Shown here piece after piece: positions 37,473 to 48,400 of a DNA stretch of 64,000 bases. The notes beneath the pieces are model-generated. The model was not told the origin of the DNA, made no database searches, and saw only the letters and a program-made list of their open reading frames with translations. Made by a program: the position numbers and the translations under genes. Source of the stretch: Candidatus Woesearchaeota archaeon (GTDB lineage Archaea; Nanobdellota; Nanobdellia; UBA10117; ARS21); the NCBI GenBank assembly GCA_038128845.1, contig JAYPKL010000002.1, positions 5,604 through 69,603 on the forward strand, written 5' to 3'. Every line of letters begins with the position of its first letter. Positions within the stretch are counted from its first letter, which is position 1.

Positions 37473-37808
37473 ATGATAGTATATATAATATATATGGTAA
37501 AGCAGAAAAAGCAGAAAAAAAACAAAATAAAAATTTCAGATATTGTTGATTTTATAGAATTGCTTATTGAGCTTGTGCCAGGAAGAGGTCTTACTTTAAT
37601 GTTATTATTGGGTGCAGTTTGCGGAGGATTAATTGGTTATGATATGGGATTTAATTCGGTTGAAAAAACTGATTGTCCGATAGTGGAAGAATGTCCTATT
37701 CAAAAAGAATGTGAAATTTGTGAAGAATGTAAAAATCTGGATGATTATTCTGAAGAAGAATTAATTACGGCATTAAAACCCAAATATTATTGTAATATTA
37801 TTGATTAA
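37473..37808 (+). CDS. Small membrane-anchored Cys-rich protein
   Basis: One TM helix followed by CPIVEECPIQKECEICEECK. 111 aa. Confidence 0.35.
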   Translation: MIVYIIYMVKQKKQKKNKIKISDIVDFIELLIELVPGRGLTLMLLLGAVCGGLIGYDMGFNSVEKTDCPIVEECPIQKECEICEECKNLDDYSEEELITALKPKYYCNIID

Positions 37809-38130
37809 TTTTTGTTAATTTTGATTCAAGTATATCTATGGATTCTGGTTTTTTAATATCGCCAATATATCTTATATGAATAATTTGATCTCCAATTTCT
37901 ATAGATTCATAAATACTATTCGGTCCTTTAAAATTAATAAATTCAGTGCCAGATTCATTTTCTCTCTGAATTATGTCCAATAAACAAAATGTATTGTCTT
38001 TAGATTTAATTTCTATCTTATTTTCTTTAATAATATAGTTTAATTTATTTTTATTATCGTATAAATTTAGTTCCATTGCAATAGCATATTTTTTGTTTAA
38101 TTTATAAATATTACTTATCGTCATCAACAA
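37798..38130 (-). CDS. Hypothetical protein (110 aa)
   Basis: ORF only. TTG start in the ORF track. No motif. Confidence 0.3.
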   Translation of the reverse strand: MLMTISNIYKLNKKYAIAMELNLYDNKNKLNYIIKENKIEIKSKDNTFCLLDIIQRENESGTEFINFKGPNSIYESIEIGDQIIHIRYIGDIKKPESIDILESKLTKINQ

Positions 38131-38207
38131 TTCCTAGAATTATTTTTGCAGATTCTCTCGACATGCCTTTGTCCATTAATTCTTTAATCTTTGATTCGTT
38201 ATCCATA

Positions 38208-38444
38208 TTATATACTAAATGCTTTCTTAATTTCAGAAATTAAATACTCCAAGTTTTTATTATTTATTGTTCCTTTTTTAATATCATTAATTGATTCAGA
38301 AATTATTGAACTATAATTATCTAAACAAAATAATTCTTCATCATTAACAAAATATTTAATTTCAAAGATATCGGATTTTTGATCATAATTTATTTCTGAT
38401 TTAAGAATTACCGATTCATTAATATTATATGACTCCATTATCAT
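38208..38444 (-). CDS. Hypothetical protein (78 aa)
   Basis: ORF only. Confidence 0.25.
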   Translation of the reverse strand: MIMESYNINESVILKSEINYDQKSDIFEIKYFVNDEELFCLDNYSSIISESINDIKKGTINNKNLEYLISEIKKAFSI

Positions 38445-38478
38445 AAAATTATTTTTTATATTTTATTTATAAAATTAT

Positions 38479-39690
38479 CTAAGTTAAAGAAATTTGTCTA
38501 TATTCTTTTTTTATAAAATAACTTGTCATTAATGTTACCGCTAACGTTGTTATTGGAACTGCAGGAGCAAATATATCAAATGTATCGTAATTAGAAAAAA
38601 TACCTAAATTTATGGCAGCTAAAATAATAATAAGACTTTCTACATCTAAACTAAGCATTGAGGATGCTATAGTTCCAGGTGCTTTTAATGAAAAATTCTT
38701 TGATAGTATGTATGTAACTACAAATTTAGTAAATATACTAGCAAAAATAAATAAAATTGCAATAGAAAGATATTCATAAATTAAAATTAGATTAAGATTA
38801 AGTCCAAACCAAACAAAAAATAATGGAATAAAAAAACCATTTGATATAGCTTCAATTTTATTTGTGTATAATTTTTTCTTAGCAAAATTTGATTTAGATA
38901 TAACTATTCCTGCTATGAATGCACCAATAATAACTGATAAACCAATTAATTCTGAAAGAAATGCTAATAAAAATAGTAAAATAAAAGTTAATGTAATTTG
39001 AGATTCTTCTCTTGTTGAAGATTTAAACTTATTAATCTTATCTGTAATTTTATTTATTGATATAATAAAATAATAGATTAATATTACAAATATTGTAGAA
39101 AAAATTAATTTAAATATTAACTCGGATGAACTTTGATTTAAGAAAACTGATGCTGCAGATAAAATTAATAATCCAATTAATATGTTAGACATTGACATAT
39201 TTATGAAAGATTGAGCAAATCTTTTTGAAAGTAATTTTTTGGATGATAATAATTTCAAAGGAACAAATATATCTACTACAGAATATGCTAATGCTAGAAA
39301 TAAAGATTGTTGAAAGTTAAAAAATAAATTAAATACATATAACATAACTGCAAATGTTGATAATAAAACTATAACTCCAATTGCTAAGCTTTTGCTATCT
39401 TTAAGATCAAATTTATCTGTTTTTTTATTGATGCCTGCTGTAAATAAAATTAAAATACTACCTATTATTGCAAAGGGTTCTATTAATTCGGGATTTACAA
39501 AATTTAATAAAGATCCTCCAAGTATTATTCCCGCGGTAATCTGACCAATAAGTTCATTTATTCCTATTCTTTCAAATAATTCTCCTAAAAAAATGTATAA
39601 AATAAATATTGAAAAAAATGCCAATAATAAATTGTCAGTCTGACCTAAATTAAGTCCATATTTTGTTAGCAAAGATATATTTTCGTTCAT
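38479..39690 (-). CDS. Monovalent cation:proton antiporter (Na+/H+ exchanger family)
   Basis: 403 aa, about 11-12 TM helices with CPA-like layout. Confidence 0.6.
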   Translation of the reverse strand: MNENISLLTKYGLNLGQTDNLLLAFFSIFILYIFLGELFERIGINELIGQITAGIILGGSLLNFVNPELIEPFAIIGSILILFTAGINKKTDKFDLKDSKSLAIGVIVLLSTFAVMLYVFNLFFNFQQSLFLALAYSVVDIFVPLKLLSSKKLLSKRFAQSFINMSMSNILIGLLILSAASVFLNQSSSELIFKLIFSTIFVILIYYFIISINKITDKINKFKSSTREESQITLTFILLFLLAFLSELIGLSVIIGAFIAGIVISKSNFAKKKLYTNKIEAISNGFFIPLFFVWFGLNLNLILIYEYLSIAILFIFASIFTKFVVTYILSKNFSLKAPGTIASSMLSLDVESLIIILAAINLGIFSNYDTFDIFAPAVPITTLAVTLMTSYFIKKEYRQISLT

Positions 39691-39724
39691 ATAATCTATG
39701 TTCTATATACTATATAACGTTTAA

Positions 39725-41149
39725 TTAAATTTCTTTAATAATATCATACATTGCCAAAGTATCCATTCCACAATACTCTAAAAGTGCATTTCTTGAAACT
39801 GTGTCTTTATTTAGATAATATTTATTATAATATTGAGTGAATGCTTCTGAACCGTCTTGTACATCCAAATGAGAATAATTTTTACCAGTTACTGCGGGTA
39901 AAACATATTTAATTGAAGCACTACCTTTTTGTTCCGGATGATAATAATTAAAATTTTTAAAAATAATATATAAATCAACAATTCTGTCGTGTATATTTTT
40001 TAATTCTTCTTCATATTTTGGAAACTTTAAAGCAAGATTTTTTATTACACTTTTCTCGAAAGCCATGTTATATGTAACGATACTTCCTTCATTCGGAATA
40101 TCTTTAATCATATTTTTTATCAAATTTTCTCTTGGATCCATATTTGATTCTTCTAAAAACTCTTTATGAATTAATTTTTTACCATCATCAATATGAACAG
40201 AATATTGAAATGGAAATTTTTCCCAGGGACTTAGATTATCATGTAGTGGAACTGGTGTTGCCAATGTTTCAAAATCAAAGTATGAAATTGGATATTTTAA
40301 TGAGCTTTTAAATTTATTAATTTCCTCTTCATTCTTATGGATATTTTTATTTTTTAAAGTATTTTTTTGAATTACATGTTTATGGGATTTTAAGAATTCG
40401 TCAGGTAAATCTAGAATAGATAAATATCCTTCTTCCATCAAAGGTTGTGCTTGAGTAAACCAAATTCCGTGTAATTGTAATATATTATGCTCCGGTAAAT
40501 GAGACCAACATATTTCTCTAACGTCGCAATTTTTTGGATTATTACAAAACTTATGCTTATCTTTTGGTAACTCTTTTGATACAAAATTTATAATTCTTTC
40601 AATATTTGAATCAATTTTACTACTCATTTTTGAAACATTATCTGTGATGTCTTCTTCTTTAAATAAATCTTTTAGTTTAATATTACCTGATCTAGTATAT
40701 TCTTTGTTTGCGTGTAATAAATAACAATTATTTATTTTTAAACCGCAAAGTTCCAAAACATATTTTTGAAATGCAACATCATCATAATGTTCTTTTTTTA
40801 CTTTACTTGATGATTTAACTTCAATAATATCCCATCCGTTTTTTGATGGTCTTAAAATATCTACCTTGCAATATAATTTGCTTGTTTCAAATGTTGCTTC
40901 AAAGATCGGTTTATTATATTCTAATGCCGATTCAGTGTCTTTAGATGCATTTGAATAATTTTTATATGAAGAGTCAATTAAAATACCATCTTCATAAAGT
41001 TTTTGTGCTAATTCTCCGAATTCAACACCGCGTTCTACAGCAAATTTTCCTGAAAGCGAAGGTAATTTAGATTTATCATTAAATTTATGCCAAACAACAT
41101 TTAGACATTTTAATGAACTTATATAATCGGACTTAGATATTTTTTTCAT
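39725..41149 (-). CDS. Cas4/RecB-like PD-(D/E)xK nuclease fused to a DnaQ-like (DUF2779-like) exonuclease domain
   Basis: N-terminal domain: lone Cys (SSLKCLNV), DILRPSKNGWDIIEVKSSSK (D...EVK core), and a C-x5-C-x5-C cluster (CNNPKNCDVREIC) as in Cas4 Fe-S nucleases. C-terminal domain: YFDFETLA (Exo I-like DxE), TYNMAFEKSVI (Exo II-like) and YCGMDTLAMYDI (Exo III-like). Confidence 0.5.
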   Translation of the reverse strand: MKKISKSDYISSLKCLNVVWHKFNDKSKLPSLSGKFAVERGVEFGELAQKLYEDGILIDSSYKNYSNASKDTESALEYNKPIFEATFETSKLYCKVDILRPSKNGWDIIEVKSSSKVKKEHYDDVAFQKYVLELCGLKINNCYLLHANKEYTRSGNIKLKDLFKEEDITDNVSKMSSKIDSNIERIINFVSKELPKDKHKFCNNPKNCDVREICWSHLPEHNILQLHGIWFTQAQPLMEEGYLSILDLPDEFLKSHKHVIQKNTLKNKNIHKNEEEINKFKSSLKYPISYFDFETLATPVPLHDNLSPWEKFPFQYSVHIDDGKKLIHKEFLEESNMDPRENLIKNMIKDIPNEGSIVTYNMAFEKSVIKNLALKFPKYEEELKNIHDRIVDLYIIFKNFNYYHPEQKGSASIKYVLPAVTGKNYSHLDVQDGSEAFTQYYNKYYLNKDTVSRNALLEYCGMDTLAMYDIIKEI

Positions 41150-41192
41150 AAAAATAATTATATTGGTTATATATAAAATAAAGTATTATATT

Positions 41193-41588
41193 TTAAACAA
41201 CTAAATCTTCTTCTTTTGAGGTATTTAATTCTAGTACAAAAGTTTTTTCATCATTTTTCATAAATTCTTCATGATTCTTTTTTAATTTAGCAATTCTATT
41301 TTCTAAATTATCTTGACCCAATTCGCTTTCTAAATAATTTTTTATAGACTTAGTTAAATCTCTTTTTTCTTTTACGGATTTATAGGTATTACCGTCCCAA
41401 TTACGATTTGGTAAAATTACTGATCCTGCAATACATTTTTTAAAATCAATACTAAGATAGGGAACTAAGAAATCTCCTTGATGGAAACTATTATTTTCAA
41501 TAATTGTTACATAAGGTTCATTAGGTAAACCATTATTTTCTTTAACATAATTATTTAATTCTTGTTTTGTATAAATTGGTATTTTCAT
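41193..41588 (-). CDS. Hypothetical protein (131 aa)
   Basis: ORF only. Confidence 0.3.
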   Translation of the reverse strand: MKIPIYTKQELNNYVKENNGLPNEPYVTIIENNSFHQGDFLVPYLSIDFKKCIAGSVILPNRNWDGNTYKSVKEKRDLTKSIKNYLESELGQDNLENRIAKLKKNHEEFMKNDEKTFVLELNTSKEEDLVV

Positions 41589-41628
41589 TTTAAACAGAAT
41601 GTGTTTAATTAAACACTTATAAGTTTTT

Positions 41629-41925
41629 TTAACTTAACAAATCTTCTAAAGTTTTTGAAGAAAATTCTCTTTTTAAAATATCTATAACATTTTCAAATTC
41701 ACTTTTATCAAAATATAAATTATTTCCTTCAGGTTTTAATGGTTTGTTATCATCATGTGTAATTAAATAAGGTATAACTACTCCGGAAAGCATTTCATTT
41801 CCGCTTTTATCATAGGATGTAAATATATGTTCTGATCCGTTTCTTCTTAATAGCACATAAGGTATTTCAACTTCCTTACTTTGTTGTTTTAATTCATATA
41901 AATCTAATTCACTATAAACTTCCAT
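41629..41925 (-). CDS. Hypothetical protein (98 aa)
   Basis: ORF only. Confidence 0.3.
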   Translation of the reverse strand: MEVYSELDLYELKQQSKEVEIPYVLLRRNGSEHIFTSYDKSGNEMLSGVVIPYLITHDDNKPLKPEGNNLYFDKSEFENVIDILKREFSSKTLEDLLS

Positions 41926-41940
41926 AATAAAAAAAGGGAA

Positions 41941-42282
41941 TTATTTAATTTCCCTCAATATAATTTTAAAATTTAATACTTTGCCTGCAAGAGGTCCCGC
42001 AGTATAAGCATCATTTCCAGATAATTCAACAGTTTTTTCATCTCCGACTTTCATACCAATTACTGCTTTATCAAAACCAGGTATTACTTGTCCTGCTCCA
42101 ACAGTGAATTCAAAAAGTCCTCTTCCTTCTGAAGTATCAATTTGTTTACCGTCTACAGTTAACCAATAATCAACCGCAACTGTATTTCCAGATTCTACTT
42201 GTGCCATAATTTTATTTAATCCAAAAAGAATTATAAATGATACTATTAGGTAAAATATTAATTTATTTTTTTTAATTTTCAT
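41941..42282 (-). CDS. FKBP-type peptidyl-prolyl cis-trans isomerase, secreted or membrane-anchored
   Basis: N-terminal signal/anchor. FKBP core VAVDYWLTVDGKQIDTS ... FEFTVGAGQVIPGFDKAVIGMKVGDEK. Confidence 0.75.
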   Translation of the reverse strand: MKIKKNKLIFYLIVSFIILFGLNKIMAQVESGNTVAVDYWLTVDGKQIDTSEGRGLFEFTVGAGQVIPGFDKAVIGMKVGDEKTVELSGNDAYTAGPLAGKVLNFKIILREIK

Positions 42283-43030
42283 AACTTAATTTATCTCTCT
42301 TACTTATTAATTTTGATTTTATATTATTAAAACTATAGGGTCTTTTTATTAAATCGTTCATTCCTTGTAAAATTTTTTCTTCTTCTGCTATTAAAATTAA
42401 GTCGCATTCATTTCTTGATTGTTCATCTTCATCTAAAATAAATTCTAAATTTCCATAAGAATTTGGTATATTTATACTACCGTTAATATTAACTCTTGGA
42501 AATATCATTGATCCAGGAATTGCTTTACCCAACATTTGTGCAAAATATTCTTCTGGAATTATACCATTTGTTTCTTCATTTAACTTTGAATTTAATGAAA
42601 CTCTTCTTTTTCCTTTACTTTTTAATTTTCTAGAATACCAAGATCTATTTTGAACTGGAGCAATAATTTCGGGAGTTAAAACTGAATAAATTTCAGAATG
42701 TTTTTTTTCTTTTCTAATATTATTTAGTATATCCATCAAAGATGCAGCTTCAAATTTATTTGTTCCGTAAATATAATCAAGTTTATCTATCTCAGGTAAA
42801 TTTAAATCAGAAACATGATGATTTTTTTCAAATCCAACTAAACCGGAATATAAAATTGGATCTTCTATATCTCTAGATAATAAATAATTATCAAGAGTAT
42901 TTGTTCTTTCGTGTGTTTTTTTAATAGAAGAATCTCTGACTGATCCTGTTTTAACTTCAAATGCTAAAAAAGCTAATTGATTTTTTAAGGCTTCATCAAA
43001 TGTTGCTGCTAGTTGTTTAGAAAATGCCAT
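42272..43030 (-). CDS. Hypothetical protein (252 aa)
   Basis: ORF only. Overlaps the FKBP gene start. Confidence 0.3.
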   Translation of the reverse strand: MAFSKQLAATFDEALKNQLAFLAFEVKTGSVRDSSIKKTHERTNTLDNYLLSRDIEDPILYSGLVGFEKNHHVSDLNLPEIDKLDYIYGTNKFEAASLMDILNNIRKEKKHSEIYSVLTPEIIAPVQNRSWYSRKLKSKGKRRVSLNSKLNEETNGIIPEEYFAQMLGKAIPGSMIFPRVNINGSINIPNSYGNLEFILDEDEQSRNECDLILIAEEEKILQGMNDLIKRPYSFNNIKSKLISKRDKLSYEN

Positions 43031-43081
43031 ATAAAAATTTGTATGATTTTTTTATAAATTAATGTTGTATGTAAAAAACAA

Positions 43082-43585
43082 TTATAATCCTCTAGATTTT
43101 TTTCCTGCAGAAGTTAAACCTCTAAATACTCTGCTTCTTTTGTTTGTAATCCACGATAAAGTTTTGTCTGCTTTTATGGAAGGATGATCTCTATCCACCA
43201 TGATAACTTCGTACCATACTCTTTTTCCATCTTCTCCAACCCAGTAAGAATTTAAAACTTCCAGATTAGGATATTTTCTTGCAGCTCTTTTTTCAATTAG
43301 GTTTTGTTTTGATTGTGCTCTTGTACCTCTTCTTGAATATCTCTTTGGTCTTCTTCCACCAGTAAATTTTGGATCTTTGGTTGTACCTTTTCTCATACTT
43401 CCTCTTACAACTATAACTCCTTGTTTAGCTTTGTAACCTAATGCTCTTGCTCGGTCTAATCTTGTTGGTTTTTCAATTCTTTCAAAAGCAGGTCTAGATC
43501 TTAATTCTACTAACCAGTTTTTCCAAGCTTCTTTACCAAAATGTTCTTTTGGTTTTTTCCAAAGATTTCTAATGTAATTGTACAT
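43082..43585 (-). CDS. rpl15e: Ribosomal protein L15e
   Basis: MYNYIRNLWKKPKE..RLDRARALGYKAKQG ... LNSYWVGEDGKRVWYEVIMVD ... RGLTSAGKKSRGL aligns to L15e. The true ATG is at 43583-43585. The ORF-track entry (to 43747) adds 54 spurious upstream codons. Confidence 0.8.
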   Translation of the reverse strand: MYNYIRNLWKKPKEHFGKEAWKNWLVELRSRPAFERIEKPTRLDRARALGYKAKQGVIVVRGSMRKGTTKDPKFTGGRRPKRYSRRGTRAQSKQNLIEKRAARKYPNLEVLNSYWVGEDGKRVWYEVIMVDRDHPSIKADKTLSWITNKRSRVFRGLTSAGKKSRGL

Positions 43586-43655
43586 AAAGTATTCTTTGGA
43601 ACAGCTTTTATAAAGGTTTTCAAAAACAATATAAGGATTTAGCTTTAAATAATAT

Positions 43656-44279
43656 ATGAATTTCATAAGTCTTTCTGAAATTATTGATGTATTAATATTA
43701 ACTGCAGCCCTAGGATATATTTTTTCAGATATGATTAAGAAACCCAAGGAATTTAGTTTTTTTGGAAATGATTTTAATGATTTTAAATATGCTGCTTTAA
43801 TTGTAACTCCGGCAGTACTTTTACATGAACTTGCTCATAAAGGAGTTGGAATCTATTTCGGATATGAATCAATATTACAAATTAGTCTTTTTGGTCTGGG
43901 ATTGGGAGTTTTGTTAAAATATGTAAATTCTCCTATTATTTTCTTTGTACCTGCTTATGTAATTAGTAGTGGTGCATTTGCAAATCCTGAAAATTTTGCT
44001 CTTCTTGCTTTAGCCGGTCCCGCTGCAAACTTTGCATTATATTGGATATCTGATTTTCTATTAATATCAAGAAAATATCCAAAATATAATCATGCATTCA
44101 TTGTTTCTAAAAAAATAAACTTGATCTTAATGGCATTTAATATGATACCATTTGGATTTTTTGATGGGGCAAAAGTACTCTCCGGAAATCCCGTTTTATA
44201 TTGGAGTTCTTTGATTATTGGCGGAATTCTGGTTTATAAAAATGAACAAAAATGGAAAAATTATGCAATGAAATTCTAA
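43656..44279 (+). CDS. Membrane zinc metalloprotease-like protein (HExxH within a TM helix, M50/S2P-like)
   Basis: 207 aa, several TM helices, LLHELAHKGVGIYFG motif. Confidence 0.4.
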   Translation: MNFISLSEIIDVLILTAALGYIFSDMIKKPKEFSFFGNDFNDFKYAALIVTPAVLLHELAHKGVGIYFGYESILQISLFGLGLGVLLKYVNSPIIFFVPAYVISSGAFANPENFALLALAGPAANFALYWISDFLLISRKYPKYNHAFIVSKKINLILMAFNMIPFGFFDGAKVLSGNPVLYWSSLIIGGILVYKNEQKWKNYAMKF

Positions 44280-44316
44280 TTAGTTATATTTTAAAATTTT
44301 TATAATTAGAAATAGT

Positions 44317-45294
44317 ATGAAAACTTTGGATAATATATTAATAAAAAATCCTGAACCCAATTTGGAATTTAGCTCAAGTGGATTAAAAACTTTAACAAAA
44401 GCACAACAACAAAAAAGTTTACTAAGAAATATTCATACTACTGTTGATAACGGATTAAAAAATATTACTGGATTTTCAAAAGATAATATTCCATTAAATT
44501 TTGAAAAACTTGATTTTGAATATGGAGATATATCTGGAAGAGTTGAATCTAAACCAACCAGCAGTGTTTCATATAAACCCGTTATGGAAGAATTATGTAG
44601 CTATTTAAAACATAGAAAGGAAAATTTTAAGTTAATTAAAGTCAAAGATTTAATTGGTAAATATTATTCTCTTGTAGATAATAATAAAAGAGAAACTATT
44701 GAACAAAAAATTTATTTTGATGATGAATATAGTATTATGGATGAAATCGGATTTAGTGATGATTTACTTCCTCGAGAAGCACTATTTTCAGTTAATATGA
44801 ATAATTATCAAAATTTGAATAAAGGATCTTTACTAGATAGATTTAAAGCAAAAAAAATGGAAGAATATCTTGATAAAGAAATAATTAAGCCTTTTAACAA
44901 TTTAATTGAAAATCGAACTCTTGAATATTTGGGATTTGATAAAGATAATTTGGAAGAAACTATTGGATCAACTCTTTCAGATGGAGAAATTGCCATAGAT
45001 ACTAAAATCATATCTCGAGAAACAGTAGGATATAATGCAATACTGAAAACGCTATTTAATGAACAAAAAAGTAGAAAAACAAATAGATCGGGTGAATTAT
45101 ATTCATTAATTGATGATAGAGTAGAAAATACTGAAGACTTAGATAAATTATTTGAAAGACAAAATAGAAATGGAATGCCTTATGTTTCTATAGAAAGCGT
45201 GTTATCAAGACTAGATGATATAATATATGATAATACTAAAAGATCAAAAAGACTTGAATGGAAATTTAATCCGATTCATGATTTCTCAGAATAA
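44317..45294 (+). CDS. Hypothetical protein (325 aa)
   Basis: ORF only, hydrophilic, no motif. Confidence 0.3.
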   Translation: MKTLDNILIKNPEPNLEFSSSGLKTLTKAQQQKSLLRNIHTTVDNGLKNITGFSKDNIPLNFEKLDFEYGDISGRVESKPTSSVSYKPVMEELCSYLKHRKENFKLIKVKDLIGKYYSLVDNNKRETIEQKIYFDDEYSIMDEIGFSDDLLPREALFSVNMNNYQNLNKGSLLDRFKAKKMEEYLDKEIIKPFNNLIENRTLEYLGFDKDNLEETIGSTLSDGEIAIDTKIISRETVGYNAILKTLFNEQKSRKTNRSGELYSLIDDRVENTEDLDKLFERQNRNGMPYVSIESVLSRLDDIIYDNTKRSKRLEWKFNPIHDFSE

Positions 45295-45438
45295 TCGGTT
45301 AAAAACAAGTTACTGAATAATATTAATAATTCACGACTTATTAAGACTAAAATTTATTATTTTAATTAAGTAAAAACAATATTATTTTGTTAAAACTATA
45401 AACCAATATAAAAGAATCTTAGTTCAAATATATTACTT

Positions 45439-48400
45439 ATGGAAGAATATACTGAACAGAGAGAGATTACTAACGGACTGGTTATTGACAGAAAATTTAC
45501 AAAAGAAGATGTATCTGCATATGATATGTTTAATTATGATTTGAGAAGTTCAGTTATACGTAATCCTGATGGATCGGTAGTTTTTGAAATGAATAATGTT
45601 GAGGTTCCATCTTTTTACTCGCAAATTGCGACAGATATTCTTGCACAAAAATATTTTAGAAAAAGGGGAGTTCCTACAACTGATGAAAATGGAAATCCCG
45701 TATTAGGATCAGAAAATAGTATAAAACAAGTTGTAAATAGAATGGTCGGATGCTGGACAAATTGGGGTAAGGAATACAATTATTTTAATTCTACAAAAGA
45801 TGCAAAAGCGTTCTACGAAGAAATGTCATATATGATGTTGAATCAAATGGCAGTTCCTAATTCTCCGCAATGGTTTAATACAGGATTATATTGGGCATAT
45901 AACATAGAAGGTAAACCTCAAGGACATTCTTTTGTTAATCCTAAGACAAGTGAATTAGAATATTCAAGAAATGCATATGAAAGACCTCAACCTCATGCGT
46001 GTTTTATATTATCCGTTAAAGATGACTTAGTAAATAAAGGCGGAATTTTTGATTTAGTAACAAGAGAAGCTAGAATTTTCAAATATGGTTCAGGAGTTGG
46101 AACAAACTTCTCTACAATTAGAGGAAAAGGTGAACAACTTTCTGGAGGCGGTACCTCGTCTGGTTTAATGTCTTTCTTAAAAATAAATGATGCTGCAGCG
46201 GGTGCAGTTAAATCCGGTGGTACTACTAGAAGAGCAGCTAAAATGGTTTGTTTAGACATTGATCACCCTGAAATTGAAGAATTCATAAAATGGAAAAGTG
46301 AAGAAGAAAATAAAGTAGCAAGCTTAGTATCTGGTAATGAATCTTGTAAATTACATGTAAATAATATTCTAAAATGTGCGGTTTCTGGTGGAGTAGATTT
46401 ACAAAATAATATTGAATTAAGAGATAGTATCCGTGATGCAAATAATGCTAATGTTCCTGTTCAAATGATTGTAAGGGCTATTGAATTGGCAAAACAAGGA
46501 ATAGCTAAATTTGATTTTAAAAAATTAGATACTTATTATGAAGGTGAAGCTTATGGAACTGTTTCTGGTCAAAACAGTAATAACTCTGTAAGAGTAAGTA
46601 ATGAATTCTTTAAATCTTTAACAAATAATGAAAACTTTAACTTAACTAATCGGACTAATGGAGAAGTTTTCAAAACGGTATCTGCAGACAAATTATGGAA
46701 TGATATAGCAATGAGTGCGTGGATTAGTGCAGATCCAGGTCTACAATACGATACAACAATTAATGAATGGCACACTTGTCCATCTAGTGGTAGAATTAAT
46801 GCAAGTAATCCTTGTTCAGAATATATGTTTTTAGATGATACTGCCTGTAATTTGGCAAGTATAAATCTAGTTAAATTTTACGATGAATCAACAGGTACAT
46901 TTGATATAGAAAGATATAAGCATGCAGTAAAATTATGGACAATAACCTTAGAAATTTCTGTATTGATGGCACAATTTCCTAGTGAATCTGTTGCACAAAG
47001 AAGTTATGATTTTAGAACATTGGGTCTAGGTTACGCGAATTTAGGTTCTCTTTTAATGAAAATGGCTTTACCCTATGATTCAGAAAAAGGTAGAGCTATT
47101 GCAGGTGCATTAACATCAATTATGTGCGGAGAGTCTTATGCAACATCTGCAAAAATGGCTCAAGTTCATGGAGCCTTTGCAAGATATGAAGAAAATAAAG
47201 ATCATATGCTAAGAGTTATTAGAAATCATAGACGTGCAGCATATAATGCAACAAAAGAATCTTATGAAGGATTAACAGTTTTACCAATGGGATTAGATCA
47301 AGATCTTGTTCCAAAAGATATGCTATCTGCAGCACATCAATCTTGGGATAATGCATTGGAATTAGGACAAAAATTTGGATATAGAAATGCTCAAACTACG
47401 GTTATTGCTCCAACAGGTACAATTGCATTAATTATGGATTGTGATACAACGGGTATAGAGCCGGATTTTGCTACAGTTAAATTCAAAAAATTAGCAGGAG
47501 GCGGTTATTTTAAGATTGTAAATAATTCAATAAAACCTGCATTGATTAAATTGGGTTACTCTGAAGAAGAAATAAGATCAATAGAAAAATATTGTGTAGG
47601 TCATGGATCTATTAGAGACGCACCTTATATTAATTTTGAATCATTGAGGTCCAAGGGTTTTGGAGATGAACAATTAAATGCTCTAGAATCAAATGCAAAA
47701 GGCGCATTTGAAATTAAATTTATCTTTAATAAATTTGTACTTGGTGAAGATTTCTGTAAATCTTTAGGTTTTTCTGATGAAAAAATGAATGATCCGAGTT
47801 TTAATATGCTAAAAGAATTGGGTTATTCCAGCTCAGAAATAGCTGCAGCAGATGAATACTTGTGTGGAACAATGACACTTGAAGGTGCACCTCATCTTAA
47901 AGGAGAACATTACAAGATATTTGATTGTGCAAATAAGTGTGGTAAAAAAGGTACAAGATATATACATCACGATGGACATATTAAAATGATGGCAGCAGCA
48001 CAACCTTTTATTTCTGGAGCAATCAGTAAAACAATTAACATGCCAAAAGAAACAACCATAGAAGAAATTAAATCAGCATATTTTGATAGTTGGAAATATA
48101 TGGTTAAGGCAGTAGCTCTATACCGAGATGAAAGTAAACTAAGTCAACCTTTGTCAACTTCGTCAGGAATTAGTGGAGAATTAGACACAATATTTAATGA
48201 AGATAAAAAAACAGTTACTCTAACAAATGAACCAATTGTTCAAGAATTGGTTGAAAATATTGCTCATCACAAAGTAGGTCCTCAGGATCTTTATATACAT
48301 AGTTATAATAATCCTTCAGGTAATTTAGCAAAAATTAAACTTGTTATGCCTAAAACAACCCCAAGTAATCAAGAATTATTAGACTTTGTTGGAACAACAA

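Noticed and set aside
43586-43747. 54-codon N-terminal extension of the L15e ORF in the six-frame track
   Set aside because: The L15e alignment starts at MYNYIRNLWKK (ATG 43583-43585). The extension is AT-rich read-through that overlaps the divergent gene at 43656.
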